A stretch of DNA of 64,000 nucleotides from Lama glama (lineage: Eukaryota), in NCBI GenBank assembly GCA_028534125.1, contig CM052818.1, positions 49,540,001-49,604,000 on the forward strand, in the 5' to 3' direction. Shown here in pieces: positions 50,257 through 62,627 of the stretch. The position numbers were made by a program, and so were the translations under genes. The notes beneath the pieces were generated by a model, which worked only from the letters and a program-made list of their open reading frames with translations, did not search any database and was not told the origin of the DNA. Each line of letters begins with the position of its first letter. Position 1 is the first letter of the stretch.

Positions 50257-53200
50257 CACAAGTCTCCCAGAGGAGGAGTGGGGAGCAAAGGGGACAGGGG
50301 CTGTGGTTACCAAGAACTGTCAAAATGGGCTTCCTATTTTCCACGGGTCTTCCTCATTCACATCCTTGGTCCTACACTTTAGGGAAATTTTAAGGAAGAA
50401 CTCCCAGCTATAAGATTCTGCGGCTCTCCGTGTGATGCTGGAGTAAGAGTGAACAGCATTCAAGAAAGGATTCAGGTACATGAACCCCGGATCCTTCTCA
50501 TCTTCAGATTGCAGTTTTCTAGGTTCTCTGCTGAAATCCACAAAGATGACTCGGATAAGCTAGTCAGTTACGTGCCTTGCACAGTGAGGTTCTGACTTGG
50601 GAGTTCCAGCTATTTGGACCAACCCATACTAGGTTGTGTTACAAAGACATGGTGGGTTATGTTAGACCATTTCAGGGAAGAGCAAAGGGAATGTGATCTT
50701 CCTTAGATAATCTATCCAGTCAACCCAGGCGTTACCAGAGGTCCCAGGAAAAGAAGGCAGTTTTAAGGAATTTTGAGTTCAAACTTGCTTCCACCCCACA
50801 AACCCAAGGAGGTGGGACTGGAAGGTCTGCCAAGGGCAAGGGACAGTGGGGATCAGAGACATCAAGTAACACCTCCAAGGTCACACAGATAACAAATGGT
50901 GGTGGCAGCCGTGGAATTCAAAGCTATTTTTTTTACTGCCCCAGGGCGTAAGAATGACCCCAAGATTCCAGGGACCCTCTCTGCAGCCATGATGGGGATT
51001 GGCTGAGCCTAACAAGGTGGGGACTTATTCCAAGCACCTGCGGTAGGTTCATATGAAACGTCACAGTCTGGTACGAACCAGTGTTCCTGTTTCCAAGATG
51101 AACTGCAAGATAAAAGCTCTTGTTTGTGTTAGCAAGAGGAAACTTCTCCAGGGGAGAAGAAAAAGAAGAAAAGACAACACACCAGTTCTTGATCTAAGCT
51201 GTGAGGAGAAAAGTCTGAATTGAATAACTCAGGACTCACTCTTTTCCCAAGAGAAAACAGCTCACTTATGAGAAACGAGCTGGAAATCTCTGCACCTGGA
51301 GCAGCTTCCAGAGTCTTTCGTCCTGACCAGGTGGAGGGAGGGAAAAAAAAAAAGCTGATCCTCTGTTGGTGGATAAACAGTGACATCCAGTGGCCGATGA
51401 AACCTACCAATTGCATTCTCTCAATTCAACCATCTACTTAGAAAAAAATTTTTTTAATTGAAGTGTAGTCAATTTACAATGTTGTGTTAATTTCTTTTTT
51501 AACATTATGTATCTTGTTACAGGACAGATCTTCACTGAACACCTAGAAGACCCTAGATGCTAGGCTAGATATCACAGATGTTATATAACACCCTGCAGGC
51601 CCACAGGAATTTCCCCACCAAATATCTGGAATCTTGGGTCTTCTTCCAAATGCTCAAGGTGACCTCGCCAGAGAGGTCAGTGAGTTGAAAGTGAAATAAA
51701 AGGTTTTGCCTGGATCATCACCCGGCCAGGGCTCCCAGAGCCCAGCTGAGCATAAACCGCCCTGTCCGCCCCCGTGCACGCGGCTCCCCATAACAGCCGT
51801 TTGCTCACGTCGAGTATTCATCTTCAGGCCACGGCCAAGGTGGTCCTCCTACCTTCACCGGACTATCATGGTCAACCTGGGATATTGTCTACTTTTGTGG
51901 TGAGTGAAGCATCACTCTCCTAACTCCCTTACAGCTGACTTGGGGAAATAAAACAACCCAGAAGACGCTCAAGACTAGGTTTTCCACCGCGGACGGTACC
52001 CTTGGCATCCTCAAGCAATATGCTGACCTCGGTAAGGCTGAAGGTCTTTGTTACAAAACAAGGTCGCCCTTCCCCTCACACGCTGGGAGGAGTGCATGAA
52101 CTTGTCTTGCTTTTTCTGGAGTCATGACCTGCGCCCTGCGCCCGCCCAGCTTCGAGCTTCGTGCCCAGCCACCCCTCAGTAAACGCTGTCTGCTCTTCCG
52201 CTCCGCTCTGCGCACCTGTTCACTATCTGAGAGTCAGGGTCCCTGCGAGGCTCCCCCAGTCCCACCGGTCCTGCTTCTGCAGAACCCGCACTTCCTACCG
52301 CACCCTCACACAGGAGCAAAGAGGCCACAAAGAGCAAGTCGCTTGCAGTGTCGGCCATTACACTAGGAAGCCTGTGTTTCAAACGTGTAGGCATAAATCA
52401 TACCCATGACAAAGACGCTGAATCGTGGGGTGCTGTGGTTCCTAGACCTCATTTATAAATTCAGTCTTGCACAAAACGTCACTATTTTCATTTGAGGTCA
52501 GATTCTTCCAAACCTTGAGGCATGCCTGGTTCAAGACTATGGTGCCAAAGAGCCTACAACTCTTCCAAAATTAATTCTTTAATGATTTCGCTCCAAACAG
52601 CAACCAAGTCAACACAAAGTCAGTTTTGCTCTTTTCTCTGATTGAATTAACCGAGGGTTTGACTGGACTCATTTTGCCTTAGGATGGGTGTGTGGCACTT
52701 GCGGTGCTGTGGGGTGTGTCCCTTCACTCCACTGAGGCGGCCCTCCGGAAATAAGGGGGCGTTTTGTTTATCCCAAGTGGGAAGTAAAGGGAAAGTGAAA
52801 GTAACGTGTGTGGCACGTCATTGTGATGTGCCCTGACTCTGAATAAAAACATCATTAAAAACTACACCTTAAAAAAAGGTAAGTAACAAATGATCAGAGT
52901 TCAGACACCATAATTGTTGGATTTCAACCAACGTCTTTTAATTAAATCTGGAGTATGGCCACACTGGAGGCAGTTCGTGTTTTCTAATTCTTCATCTGAG
53001 ATGAGAAGCATTAAAGACTCATGCTCTGTATTATACTTACTCCAACACAGAAATCAAGCGAGTTCTTCACGTGTTCAGTTATAAGGTCATTATATACCAT
53101 TCTGTAAGCATTTTAGGGAATCAGGGCTTTCTGCCTTATATCAGTATTTTCGTGAGCCTTCAAAAAAATGTAGTTAATAGAGAGTATTCTTGAAACTGTG

Positions 53201-53459
53201 ACATTTATTTTCCGAAACAAAAATACCAAAGGAAATCTACTGCTAATTTTTTAATCTGATTCCATAGCGGACACTGTGAGCAGACCTGGGTTTGCTCTTC
53301 CAAAACAAAGCAACAGCAGCGCCTCACGTTTGTACGGCACCTGCACTTCAGGAAGGTCCTTCTTCCCTGCTCGTCTCACGTTCTCCCTGAAACCTACGAG
53401 GCCGACAGGGAGGTATCAATAGCTCCACTTTTCAGATGAGGGAAGGAGGCTCAGGGGGT

Positions 53460-54710
53460 CAGAGGACAGCGCAGGGAGCGGTTGTGGTGTCCTCCGGGAT
53501 GGGGCTGGCGGAGGCCCTCAGTGCTGAAACCGTCTCGCGCTTCGAAAAACGGAAAAGCGCCGTAAGGCACCCCGTGGCCGGCGCTGAAGGCGCTGCCCTG
53601 GCCCGCCCGCCCCGAGGGGAGGCAGCTCTGCCGCCTTTGGGGCCAGGCCCTGGGGCGTGCAGGGTGATGCCGAAGCGGCAGGGCCCGAATCTGACGACGG
53701 GCTTGTGCTCCAGCGCCCGGGAGGACGAGGCGGATGTGCAGAAACGGAGGCGGAGGTGGGAACGGCTCCCAGCGGGAGAGCGAACGACGCGGGCTCCCGG
53801 CGGCTGCTACTCCGGCGCCGCCGCGTCGTGGCCGGGTGCCGACGGGCCGTGCTCTGCGCTGAGGTCTCCGTCTCGCGGGCACGCGAGGGGCAGAGCCCGC
53901 GGGCTGCGGGGCCGGGAGCCGTCCCGGAACGGCAGTGACGGCGGCCCCGGGCCGGGTCAAGGGGCGGCAAGCAGCCTGGGCCCGGAGCCGCGGCGCTCCC
54001 CGCGGGGCTCCGTGGAACCCTCGCGCGCCCTCGTTCCCGCCTTCCGGGTTTGCGTTCATTTCGACCTGACCAAGACGTTCGAGCGCCAGAGCGGAAACGC
54101 CGCTGCAGTCCTCCTGTCGCGCGTCACGCCGGGGCTCCAGCTGGCTTGTCCTGTTCAGTCAGGGGCACCCGGGGGGCTGCCGCGCCCGGCCCCCGCCGAG
54201 AGCCGCCCCGCGCGGGGCCCACTGTCCGGACGCACGGGCAGCGGGCCGGAGGCCTTTGCTCCGCTCCTCGCGGTCCTCCGGCCCGCCCGCAGCGGCCCTG
54301 TCCAAACTCCCCTCTCGCCCAGAGGAGCGACGCGCCGGCGGGGCCGCAGCCGGAGGAGGGCGCCCGGCCGTTCCGCGCCGAGCGGGCCTCTGTGATTCTC
54401 GCCTTCACCGCCGCTTCCCGAGCGGCACGTGCTTCCGGACTGCACGCAGCAGCGAGGCCCGCCGGGACCGCGGTCGGGGCACGGCCGGCACCGCGCCGCC
54501 GGCCCAGCCGCAGCGCAGGCGGCAGCCCTGCCCGGAGGGACCCCGCCGGCGCCGGGACCGCGGCCCAAAGCGCTCAACGGCGGCGGCTGTGCCGTTCGCG
54601 CGAGCGGCTGCCCCGAGAGCAGGAAGCGGAGAGAAGCGTCTGCTGTGTTCTCGCGATGCACCCAGGCTGCTGGGACGTGCAGGTCGCCCGACGCCAGAAC
54701 AGAGCAGGGA
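53460..54710. promoter_or_regulatory. CpG island 5 (largest and densest), promoter-like
   Basis: About 1.25 kb of very dense CpG; E-box CACGTG 54426-54431 abutting ETS CTTCCGG 54432-54438; TCTCGCGA 54649-54656; another CTTCCGG ~54040. Confidence 0.8.
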
Positions 54711-54733
54711 CATTAAAGAGGGGAGCCCTGTGT

Positions 54734-54792
54734 GACACAACATGGTAGAATGACTATAGCCCAATAAAAAATGTTTTAAAAAATTAAAGAAA
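54734..54792 (+). mobile_element. Very short L1 3'-end insertion with TSD
   Basis: GACACAACATGGTAGAATGACTATAGCCCAATAAAAAA flanked by AAAGAGGGGAGCCCTGTG and AAAGAGGGAAGCCCTGTG. Confidence 0.8.
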
Positions 54793-54817
54793 AAAGAGGG
54801 AAGCCCTGTGGTGCCCC

Positions 54818-55048
54818 TTTTTTTATTATTATTGAGGTATAGTCAGTTTACGCTGTTGTGTCAATTTCTGGTGTGCAGCACAATGTTTCAGTGACACATA
54901 CACATACATACATTCGTTTTCATATTCTTTTTCACTCTAGGTTACAGCAAGATACTGACTATAGTTATGGGGGGGCAGGGATAAATCAGACCAAGATACG
55001 CGGATACCGACCACTGTACATAAAATAGACAAATGCGTTCGTTCTGTA
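54818..55048 (-). mobile_element. L1 3'UTR insertion with inverted 5' segment
   Basis: Poly-T and reverse L1 3'UTR to ~54967, then a forward-oriented upstream piece GGGATAAATCAG...TAAAATAGACAAA...CTGTA. Confidence 0.8.
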
Positions 55049-56706
55049 AGGCCTTTTCTGATTATCCAGTAATAACAGGGCTCTGTAACTTCATGGAGAA
55101 AACAAATGTTTTCTGTAAATTCAGTTGCCATCTGCTTAGAACATAAACCTGCTGGGTGAACCTGTTCTCTAACATGTAGAGACTTTAGGAAGAGAGACAG
55201 AGAGCCATCTCGTGGTCCTAGAATGGCCCCCACACCTGCATGCTGACAGGAAAGAAATGGCAGAACACCTGCAACCAAATCGGGCTTCTCGCTGCAGGAA
55301 CAGTCAATTTCCTTTGCAGTGCTTGTTTGTAACGGAGCATGCCACGTGATGAACTAACACCTTAAAAAGCATTTCACATTTTCAAAATGCAGCAGTACTG
55401 ACATACAGTCATTTAAATAAATCTGTGCTTTCAACCCAATTCGCTCATTTGAGGAGATTAACAGATTCTCAGATAAGGAAGTTTACACTGTGAATGAATA
55501 AGGAGAGAGAAGGACTCCAGGGGGAAAATAAGAGAAATATTTTACACATCTATAAACTAAAAGCCTCGTTTTACTATAGCAACATGAATAGCAGTACTTC
55601 AGTGAGTATCACGTGGGTCCCAACCCCATGTTCACAAGAGAGGCGGAAAGGAAATGATCTTTTTTTAATATAGTCTTACTTATATTTATTAGTACTTTAA
55701 TAATATTTTATTTTTAGACCTCATGCACAAGTCAATGAGAGGAAATAATATAAAAAGTAACATAAAAGATGCCAACTGACAGAGATTTTTAAAGATACGC
55801 CTACCATCAGGGCCAATATTCCGTTGAAAAACTCGAACTGACTTACGGTGGGGGAATGACTGGATTAGGGTTGGAAATTTTTCGGAGGTTGCAGTCGGCT
55901 TTGCTGCTAAGATGGCCCAGCTACTTCCTGGACGCAGACCTCAGTTTCTGGTTCTGAGAACTGGACAAGCTGATCTGAAAGTTCCCTGAGGCGCCACATG
56001 CGATGCTCTCTGGAGGATGAAGTGAACGCCCACCTCGCTGGGCTGACGCTGGTCCACGCGATGCACAGCCCACCTCCCCACACTCCCCATGCTCATCTCC
56101 ACCTCACTGTCAATCTGCAGACTGGACCAGCGTCATGACAACCTCTGTTGTGAAACCTCTCTTGAATCCAGCTCCCATGTGGAGAAACAGGGGAGGCTCT
56201 GAGCATCTCCAGCCCCTTCTTAGTGAAACTGCAGAACCAACCCAGACTGTGGTCCAGGCGACCAGCAGTTGCCCCCAGAGTGAAACAGCGCACAGTGACT
56301 GCAGCCTGGGGTTGACAACATACAGCTCATGGGGTCGGGGCCCACACAGGGTCGGGGCGCACGCAGGGTCGGCCTCGTACAGAAAGGGGAAAGCGATCTC
56401 TTCTCCTAACCGAGGGCGTCCACGAAGCCCGAGAAGCCGTTTCCAAAGTCCTTGAGGTTGTAACCAAAATGCCGAGGCTGGAGGGTGGGTCAGTCGGTGC
56501 CCCCTCACACCTGCCAGGAAGGCCACCTGAACCATCACAGGACAGGCACAGCGCCAACACCCCAGGTAAGCATGAGCACGCCTGCTTTGGGAGACGACTC
56601 CTGGGCAAGGACATTACCTTGCTGCTGACACCAGCAGGAAAACGTGTTCGTGCATTTCTCACTGTGAAGTAAATGGTCGAATGGCCTAAACAGAGCACAC
56701 CAGCAT

Positions 56707-57311
56707 GCAGCCATTATGGACAACAGCACGGAGGTTCCTCAAAAAACTAAAGATAGGCCTATCATATGATCCAGCAGTCCCACTTCCGGGCACATATCTG
56801 GAGGGAGCTCTAATTCAAAAAGACACATGCACTTCAGTGTTCATAGCAGAAGTATTTACAGTAGCCAAGACATGGAAGCAACCTAAATGTCCATCAACAG
56901 ATGACTGGATAAAGAAGTTGTGGTATATTTATGCAATGGAATGCTACTCAGCCATAAGAAATAAAAGAATGCCATCTGCAGCAACATGGATAGACCTGGA
57001 GATCATCATGCTAAATGAAATAAGCCAGAAAGAGAAAGAAAAATACCACATGATATCACTTATATGTGGGGGGAAAAAAACACAAATGAACTTATTTACA
57101 AAACAGAAGCAGACTCACAGACATAGGAAACAAACTTACGGTTACCAGGGGGGATGAAGAAGGGAAGGGGTAAACTGGGAGTTCGAGATTTTCAGATACT
57201 AACTAATATATATAAAATAGATAAACAAGTTTCTTCTGTGTAGCCCAGGGAACTGTATTCAATACCTTGCAGTAACCTAAAATGAAAAAAGAATATGAAA
57301 ATGAAAAGAAA
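56707..57311 (+). mobile_element. Young camelid-type L1: ORF2 C-terminus + partial 3'UTR, with TSD
   Basis: ORF track 56705-57157 QPLWTTARRFLKKLKIGLSYDPAVPLPG...WKQPKCPSTDDWIKKLWYIY is the L1 ORF2p C-terminus; TSD AGCACACCAGCAT (56694-56706) / AGCACACCAACAT (57312-57324). Confidence 0.93.
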
Positions 57312-59049
57312 AGCACACCAACATTTCCCAGTCCATCAGGGAGGATGATGCGCTCAGTGTCTCCAAGGGCCACCCCTGTCCTTGAGTCCCACCGGCCAGA
57401 GCTCAGACCGTCGGCAAACCTGGTTCCACGGGAGGCTGGAAGGGTGGTCGTCAGCTGGTACCTGGTTTCCGAGTGAAACTCAGGACTATCCCAACAGCAG
57501 GAAGCAGGGGGCGAACATCAGAGCCGTCCGGCCGTGACTGCCACGCGCCGTCTGTGGACATAACCCCTTCCCCACAACTGTGACTCAGCCCCCCGTCAGC
57601 CCCAGGGTCTTACTGCAACATGCATTAATGCCACACTGTTGCTGAATTGAATTAGCATTATTTATCCCAATTGTTTAGCTTGAGATATAACAACTATGAT
57701 CAATTAAAAGAGCCATCACCTACTGAGCAACTCCCTGTGTCCGCGGGGGTCCACTCGAGTGCCCTAGTCCCCACACCCCGCCCCGTGGCTGCCTCTCGCT
57801 GCTCCCATGTGGTGGGTGGGCGGCTCTGACACAGCCGGGCCTCTGCGATGCCGAGCCCAGCTCTGGGCGCACCTGAGCCTCTGGGGCAGGGGTGTCGTCC
57901 CAGAGCTGCCCTGTCTCGCCTCTGCCCAGGGAACGCGGCACCCCCTAGAGACAACGCCGGCTGAAACGCCGCCTCCTCCACCAGAAGCTCACTTAGGCAG
58001 CGCTCGCTCACCCCACGGTCACCCTGTTTCCAGACATTTCGGTGCGACCCGCCACACGGCTCGCCTGCAAGAGCTCCACGTTTCTGGATCTGCGGGTTTA
58101 GGCTTTTAGGGCTGGACTACGAGCGACAAAGAGCAAAGAGCTGGAAATAACAAACGATGTACATCTGACTCCAGTGAGCGCCTGCGCTCGGACCCCATCG
58201 TCTGCTTAAACGTCAGCCTGCATCTTGGGGCTCAGTGTGTAACCATCACTTGTAAATTGTTTACCAGCCACCCCCAAGTGGGTGCTGCCCCCTCCAGCTC
58301 CTACGGTCACAGGCATATCAGGGAATCTGTGCTCGAAATTCAGCGATTCAGAGCACACCCCAGAAAAGAATTTTTCACCCTAAATGGAAGTCTTGGCTGG
58401 AGGCTTACAACAAGAAAAGCAAACAAGCAATTTGGAGACTGTCACCCATTTCTGGGCAGCACGTCCCCAAAGCCGATAATTCTACAAGTGGGCAAAGCCA
58501 ACCTCACCGGCCTTGCTCTGCTTCTTACACCAGTGCAGGCCACGGGAGCGGGGAGACTGGCCAGGGTGAGGATGCCCCTCCTCTGTCCAGGTGGGGCACC
58601 AGCCACAAGGATCGTCTCGACTCTCTAAGCAATCAAGAGGAGCAGAAATGCTACAGTGTTTCACATACACCTTCAGTTGTGGTGAGATGAGGGAATGTGA
58701 GTCCATGAGGTGAGGGTTTTATTCATGTTGTTCCAAGTGCCTAGAACAGTGTCTGAGGCATGATAATTGCTCAAAAATCTTGTTAGGTGAATGTTACGTC
58801 TTAAGCAACCCCAGTATCACTAACCGTGTCCATTTGTCTTCAGGATCCTTGCGTTTCCTTCAGGTGGCTTCTCCTCTCTGCATGTCCCCATCAGCCTGGC
58901 CACCTGCCACCACCTCTGTCTTCTACCCTAGGACTCACAGTGGGGTTGACCACCCTGCCAATAACCCTCTGATCACCCAAGCTAAACAGAAAAAAGGAAA
59001 AGGAATTTTTCAGTGCGGACAGTTTAAGAGGCCTCTAGGACACCACATG

Positions 59050-59545
59050 CATTAACATCCCCTTGCAGGGGCCCCAGAAAGGGGGAGCAGAAGAACGCAC
59101 TTGAAGACGTAATAACTGAAAACCCTCCTGACCCGGGAAAGGAAACAGACTTCCAGGTCCAGACGTAGCGGAGTCCCAGACACGGGCAACCCAGCGAGGA
59201 CCACACCAAGGTGCGCTGTAATCACAACGGCAAAAAAAGGACACAGAGAAGCTATTCGAAGCAGCAAGGGGAGCGTGACTGGGGACGTGCAGGAGAAGTC
59301 CCGTAGGGCCGTCGGCTGGCGGACAACGGGCACGTGTGTGCTCGTGGTGCAGAGAAGGCTCCCGTCAGGATCAGAGGGCAGAGGAGGACGGGTGCTTGTT
59401 TGGAGGGGCCGAGTCGTAAACCAGCGCGTAACACACCACAGGCCCCTGCCCTCAGCCCTGACAAGGCGTGAGCTGCGCCATTTCTCCAACACAGAGGGAT
59501 CGCGATGCGCCCGCGGCTGGCTCCAGGAAGCTAGAGAACCAACAT
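59050..59545 (+). mobile_element. LINE-1 ORF1 fragment, unusually GC/CpG-rich
   Basis: TAATAACTGAAAACCCTCCTGACCCGGGAAAGGAAACAGACTTCCAGGTCCAG aligns by eye to the ORF1 region at 24656-24712. Confidence 0.75.
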
Positions 59546-60162
59546 CGGATTGATGCAGTGCATTTAAGGGCTTTCATAACGGAGATTATTCACCTGTCAG
59601 GTAGCATCTGTCATCAGAGCACCTATTTGGAAAACTTTTACAATGCGTATTAGCTGCCTGATAGCCTGGCTGTAACAGCGCTCTTGAAATTACTGTCGTC
59701 TGTCATGTGTAGTGGAGGCTCAGATCTTTTTTTTAATGTGTATTATGGGTCCAGTGGAGCAAAACAGTTCCTCTGAGCCCTCCTGGTCCGTTCCATTGGT
59801 CCCTGTAAATCAGCCTGTAGCCTTGGCGCCTTACGAGACACGGCGGCCACGGCAACATGGAAATGTGATCAGACAAGACGGATCAGCCTGGGGCGTGATA
59901 GCTGGCGGTGGCTCAGGTCTGCCTCCTGTTCCGATGCAGTTACTGTGACATTTGCTTCACTGCCCAACTTAACTTTCCTCTTCAGAAGCCCCTCTAAGAC
60001 GGCACCTCACCTCCAGGAGGAGGGTGAGCACTGTGGACGTTTCCCCTCTTAGCCTGTGAGTGCCCGAGGGCTTCGGAAGGATGTGGAGGAAAAGGCAAGG
60101 ACAGAGAGGTGGCCCTCTTTGGACGGAGATCTCTGAAGAGTCACCGGCTGAGGGATCTTGCG

Positions 60163-60290
60163 TGTGAGTGGGTGTGTGAGTGTGTGTGTGTGTGTAAGAG
60201 TAAGTGTGTGTAGGTGTGTGGGTGTGTGTAGGTGTGTGGGTGTGTAGGGGTGTGTGTAGGTGTGTGGGTGTGCGTGGGTGTGTGTACGTG
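60163..60290. repeat. GT-rich simple repeat
   Basis: Degenerate (GTGTGG/GTGTAG)n. Confidence 0.85.
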
Positions 60291-60407
60291 GCTTGGGGGT
60301 GGGTTAATTACCTATCCCTCACCCCCACCACAAGCAAAAGTGAGAAACTCTTAAAAAGAAAACTGCCTGAAGGCCGCCTCCAAGCCATGCCTCTTCCCTG
60401 GAGTGAC

Positions 60408-60657
60408 TGTTATGGGCTGAACTGTGACTCCCACTCCAAACTGATACTTGAAGGTCGATCTCATCAGAACGTGAGTGCATTTGGAGATGGGACCTTTAAA
60501 GAGGTGATTAAGTGCAGAAGGGGCTGTGAGGGCGGACTCTGATCCAGTACAGCTGTGTGCTTACAAGACGCGGAGGTTAGTACTCAGACGGCAGGAAGGC
60601 CACGTGAAGACAGGGGGAGGCTGCAACCCACAGGCCGAGGCAGAGGCTTCAGAGGAA
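60408..60657 (+). mobile_element. MaLR LTR 5' part (MLT1B-like)
   Basis: TGTTATGGGCTGAACTGTG...ATTTGGAGATGGGACCTTTAAAGAGGTGATTAAG...CCACGTGAAGAC; cut off by the following L1. Confidence 0.8.
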
Positions 60658-60893
60658 AGGTGGGAATGTAGTTTGGTATAGCTTTTATGGAAAGCAGTAC
60701 AGAGATTCCTCAAAAACACTACAAATGGACTTACCATCTGATCCTGCAGTCCCACTGGGCATAAATCCAGAGGGAACCCTACTTCAAAAAGACAGCTGCA
60801 CCCCAGTGTTCACAGCAGCACTGTTTACAACAGCCAAGACATGGAAGCCACCTAAATGTCCATCAACAGAGGACTGAATAAAGATGTGGTGTG

Positions 60894-60933
<40 letters not shown>

Positions 60934-61192
60934 TGGAATACTGCTCAGCCATAAAAAAGGAATAAAATAATGCCATTAACAGCAACATAGATGGACCTGA
61001 AGATCGTTATTCTAAGAGAAGTAAGCCAGAAAGAGAAAGAAAAATGCCATAGGGTATCACTTACATGTGGTATCTTAAAAAAAGGACACAAACGAACATC
61101 TACAAAACAGAAATATACCCACAGACACAGAGAACAAACTTATGGTTACCAGTGGGTAAAGGGGGTGGGAAGGGATAAACTGGGAATTCAAA
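60658..61192 (+). mobile_element. Young camelid-type L1 ORF2 end/3'UTR containing an (AC)n microsatellite (~60896-60931)
   Basis: Closely similar to 56707-57311 (AGCCAAGACATGGAAGC...CCTAAATGTCCATCAACAGA; AGCCAGAAAGAGAAAGAAAAAT). Confidence 0.9.
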
Positions 61193-62534
61193 AATCGCAC
61201 CTCTTGGGGAGGGATGGAAATGTTAGCTGTCTTGATGTGGTGGTGGCTTCATGGTTCTGCACATCTATCAAAGTGCACATCTGGAATGTGTGTAGTTTAC
61301 TGCAGAGGAATCCTACCACAATAAAGGTGCTTAAAAATGATATTGTATTAGCAAGATCCATAAGTGAACATCGTCATTTAATCACTGGAGTAATTTTGCC
61401 AAGAAGCAATGTTCAAAAATCCCACCAAGAAACTGAGAATTGTGCGGAGGTAAAACCCACACCCAATTGTCCCTTCTCTCTTCGTTATTTACACCCAGCT
61501 TCGTGTTTCCAAAGCTTTCTATGGTGTGTGAGCTGGAATATAGATTTCTGAAGAATTTTTCCAACTCTAAGAACCTGAAAATGAAGATTTTTATTGTCTG
61601 TATTCAATTATTGAATGACAGTTGAAAAACTGCCTTAATTGTGTGTTTGATCATAGAAAATCTAACGCAATTTACAACCCAGTATTTCAATCAGTAAAAT
61701 ATTGAATAGCATTATCTTAAAAACAAAAAGACTCCATCAACGTCTGAGTGTCTCCCACCCACAAAAGGAACACAAGAAGTCTCAGACTTGCGGCCCTCCT
61801 GCCGGCTGGCTCCCTCCTCGTCCCCACGGGCAGGCCGCTCTCCCACGTCTAACTGTCAGCATTTCCTCGCGTCCCCCTGACTCCTCCCCTGCTCAGTTCG
61901 TCTCCAGTGGCTTCTGGTCGCTGAACGCAAGGTCAAGTTTCACTCCTCCTCGTGTGTGAGCAGGCGGCACTGCCCCCTCCGTAAAGCCCCCCTTCCCTTG
62001 GCTCCACGGCCCAGTCTCCTCCTGCCTCCCCAGGACTCAGCCTCCCCCAGTGGACGTCTTGGCCCTGGGTCCACATCTCTTCTCCCCCGGAGCTTTCTCC
62101 CTGGCCTTCCCGACCAGATCGACCCCTTCACTCACCACCCACACAGCTGACACACATGCAATTCAAACATCCACTCCCCCAAAGGGCTCACTCTGCTCTG
62201 AAACTGAGCCCCGCTCTCTCGAGTGAGGACTGTTTGACGTGGACCCCAGAGACCAGCACCCCCTGCACCAGACTCCTCCCCTCCTCCTCACAACCTGGCC
62301 CCTCCCCGTCTCCCAGGCCTCACCCAGCGGCAGCATCGTCCACCCATGCAGACCGGAAACTGAGACATCAGCCCAGATACCTCCCCCTACCTTGGGCCAT
62401 AAATGCATTCACCACCAAGGCCCACAGGTCCACTTCCTAAAATAACTCATCAACTTCTCTGCTTTTCCTTCCACCACCCTGGTCCAACCTGTCATCATCC
62501 GTCACCCGGACACTGCAGTACATACACTGAATAC

Positions 62535-62562
62535 AGATACATATCTAGATATAGACAGACAC

Positions 62563-62593
<31 letters not shown>

Positions 62594-62627
62594 TACACAC
62601 ATACACACAGAAAGAGAGAGAGAGAGA
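62535..62627. repeat. Compound (GATA)/(GACA)/(CA)/(GA) microsatellite within L2-like sequence
   Basis: Seen directly. Confidence 0.85.

Noticed and set aside
50012..50393. His-rich and Cys/Trp-rich ORFs
   Set aside because: Translations of a degenerate 9-bp tandem repeat.
53436..54764. Long overlapping ORFs (319, 232, 202, 168 aa) in island 5
   Set aside because: Open in most frames on both strands, R/G/A/P-rich, no recognisable domain; expected from stop-codon scarcity in GC-rich DNA.
56705..57157. 150-aa ORF as a host gene
   Set aside because: It is the C-terminus of L1 ORF2p in a truncated copy.
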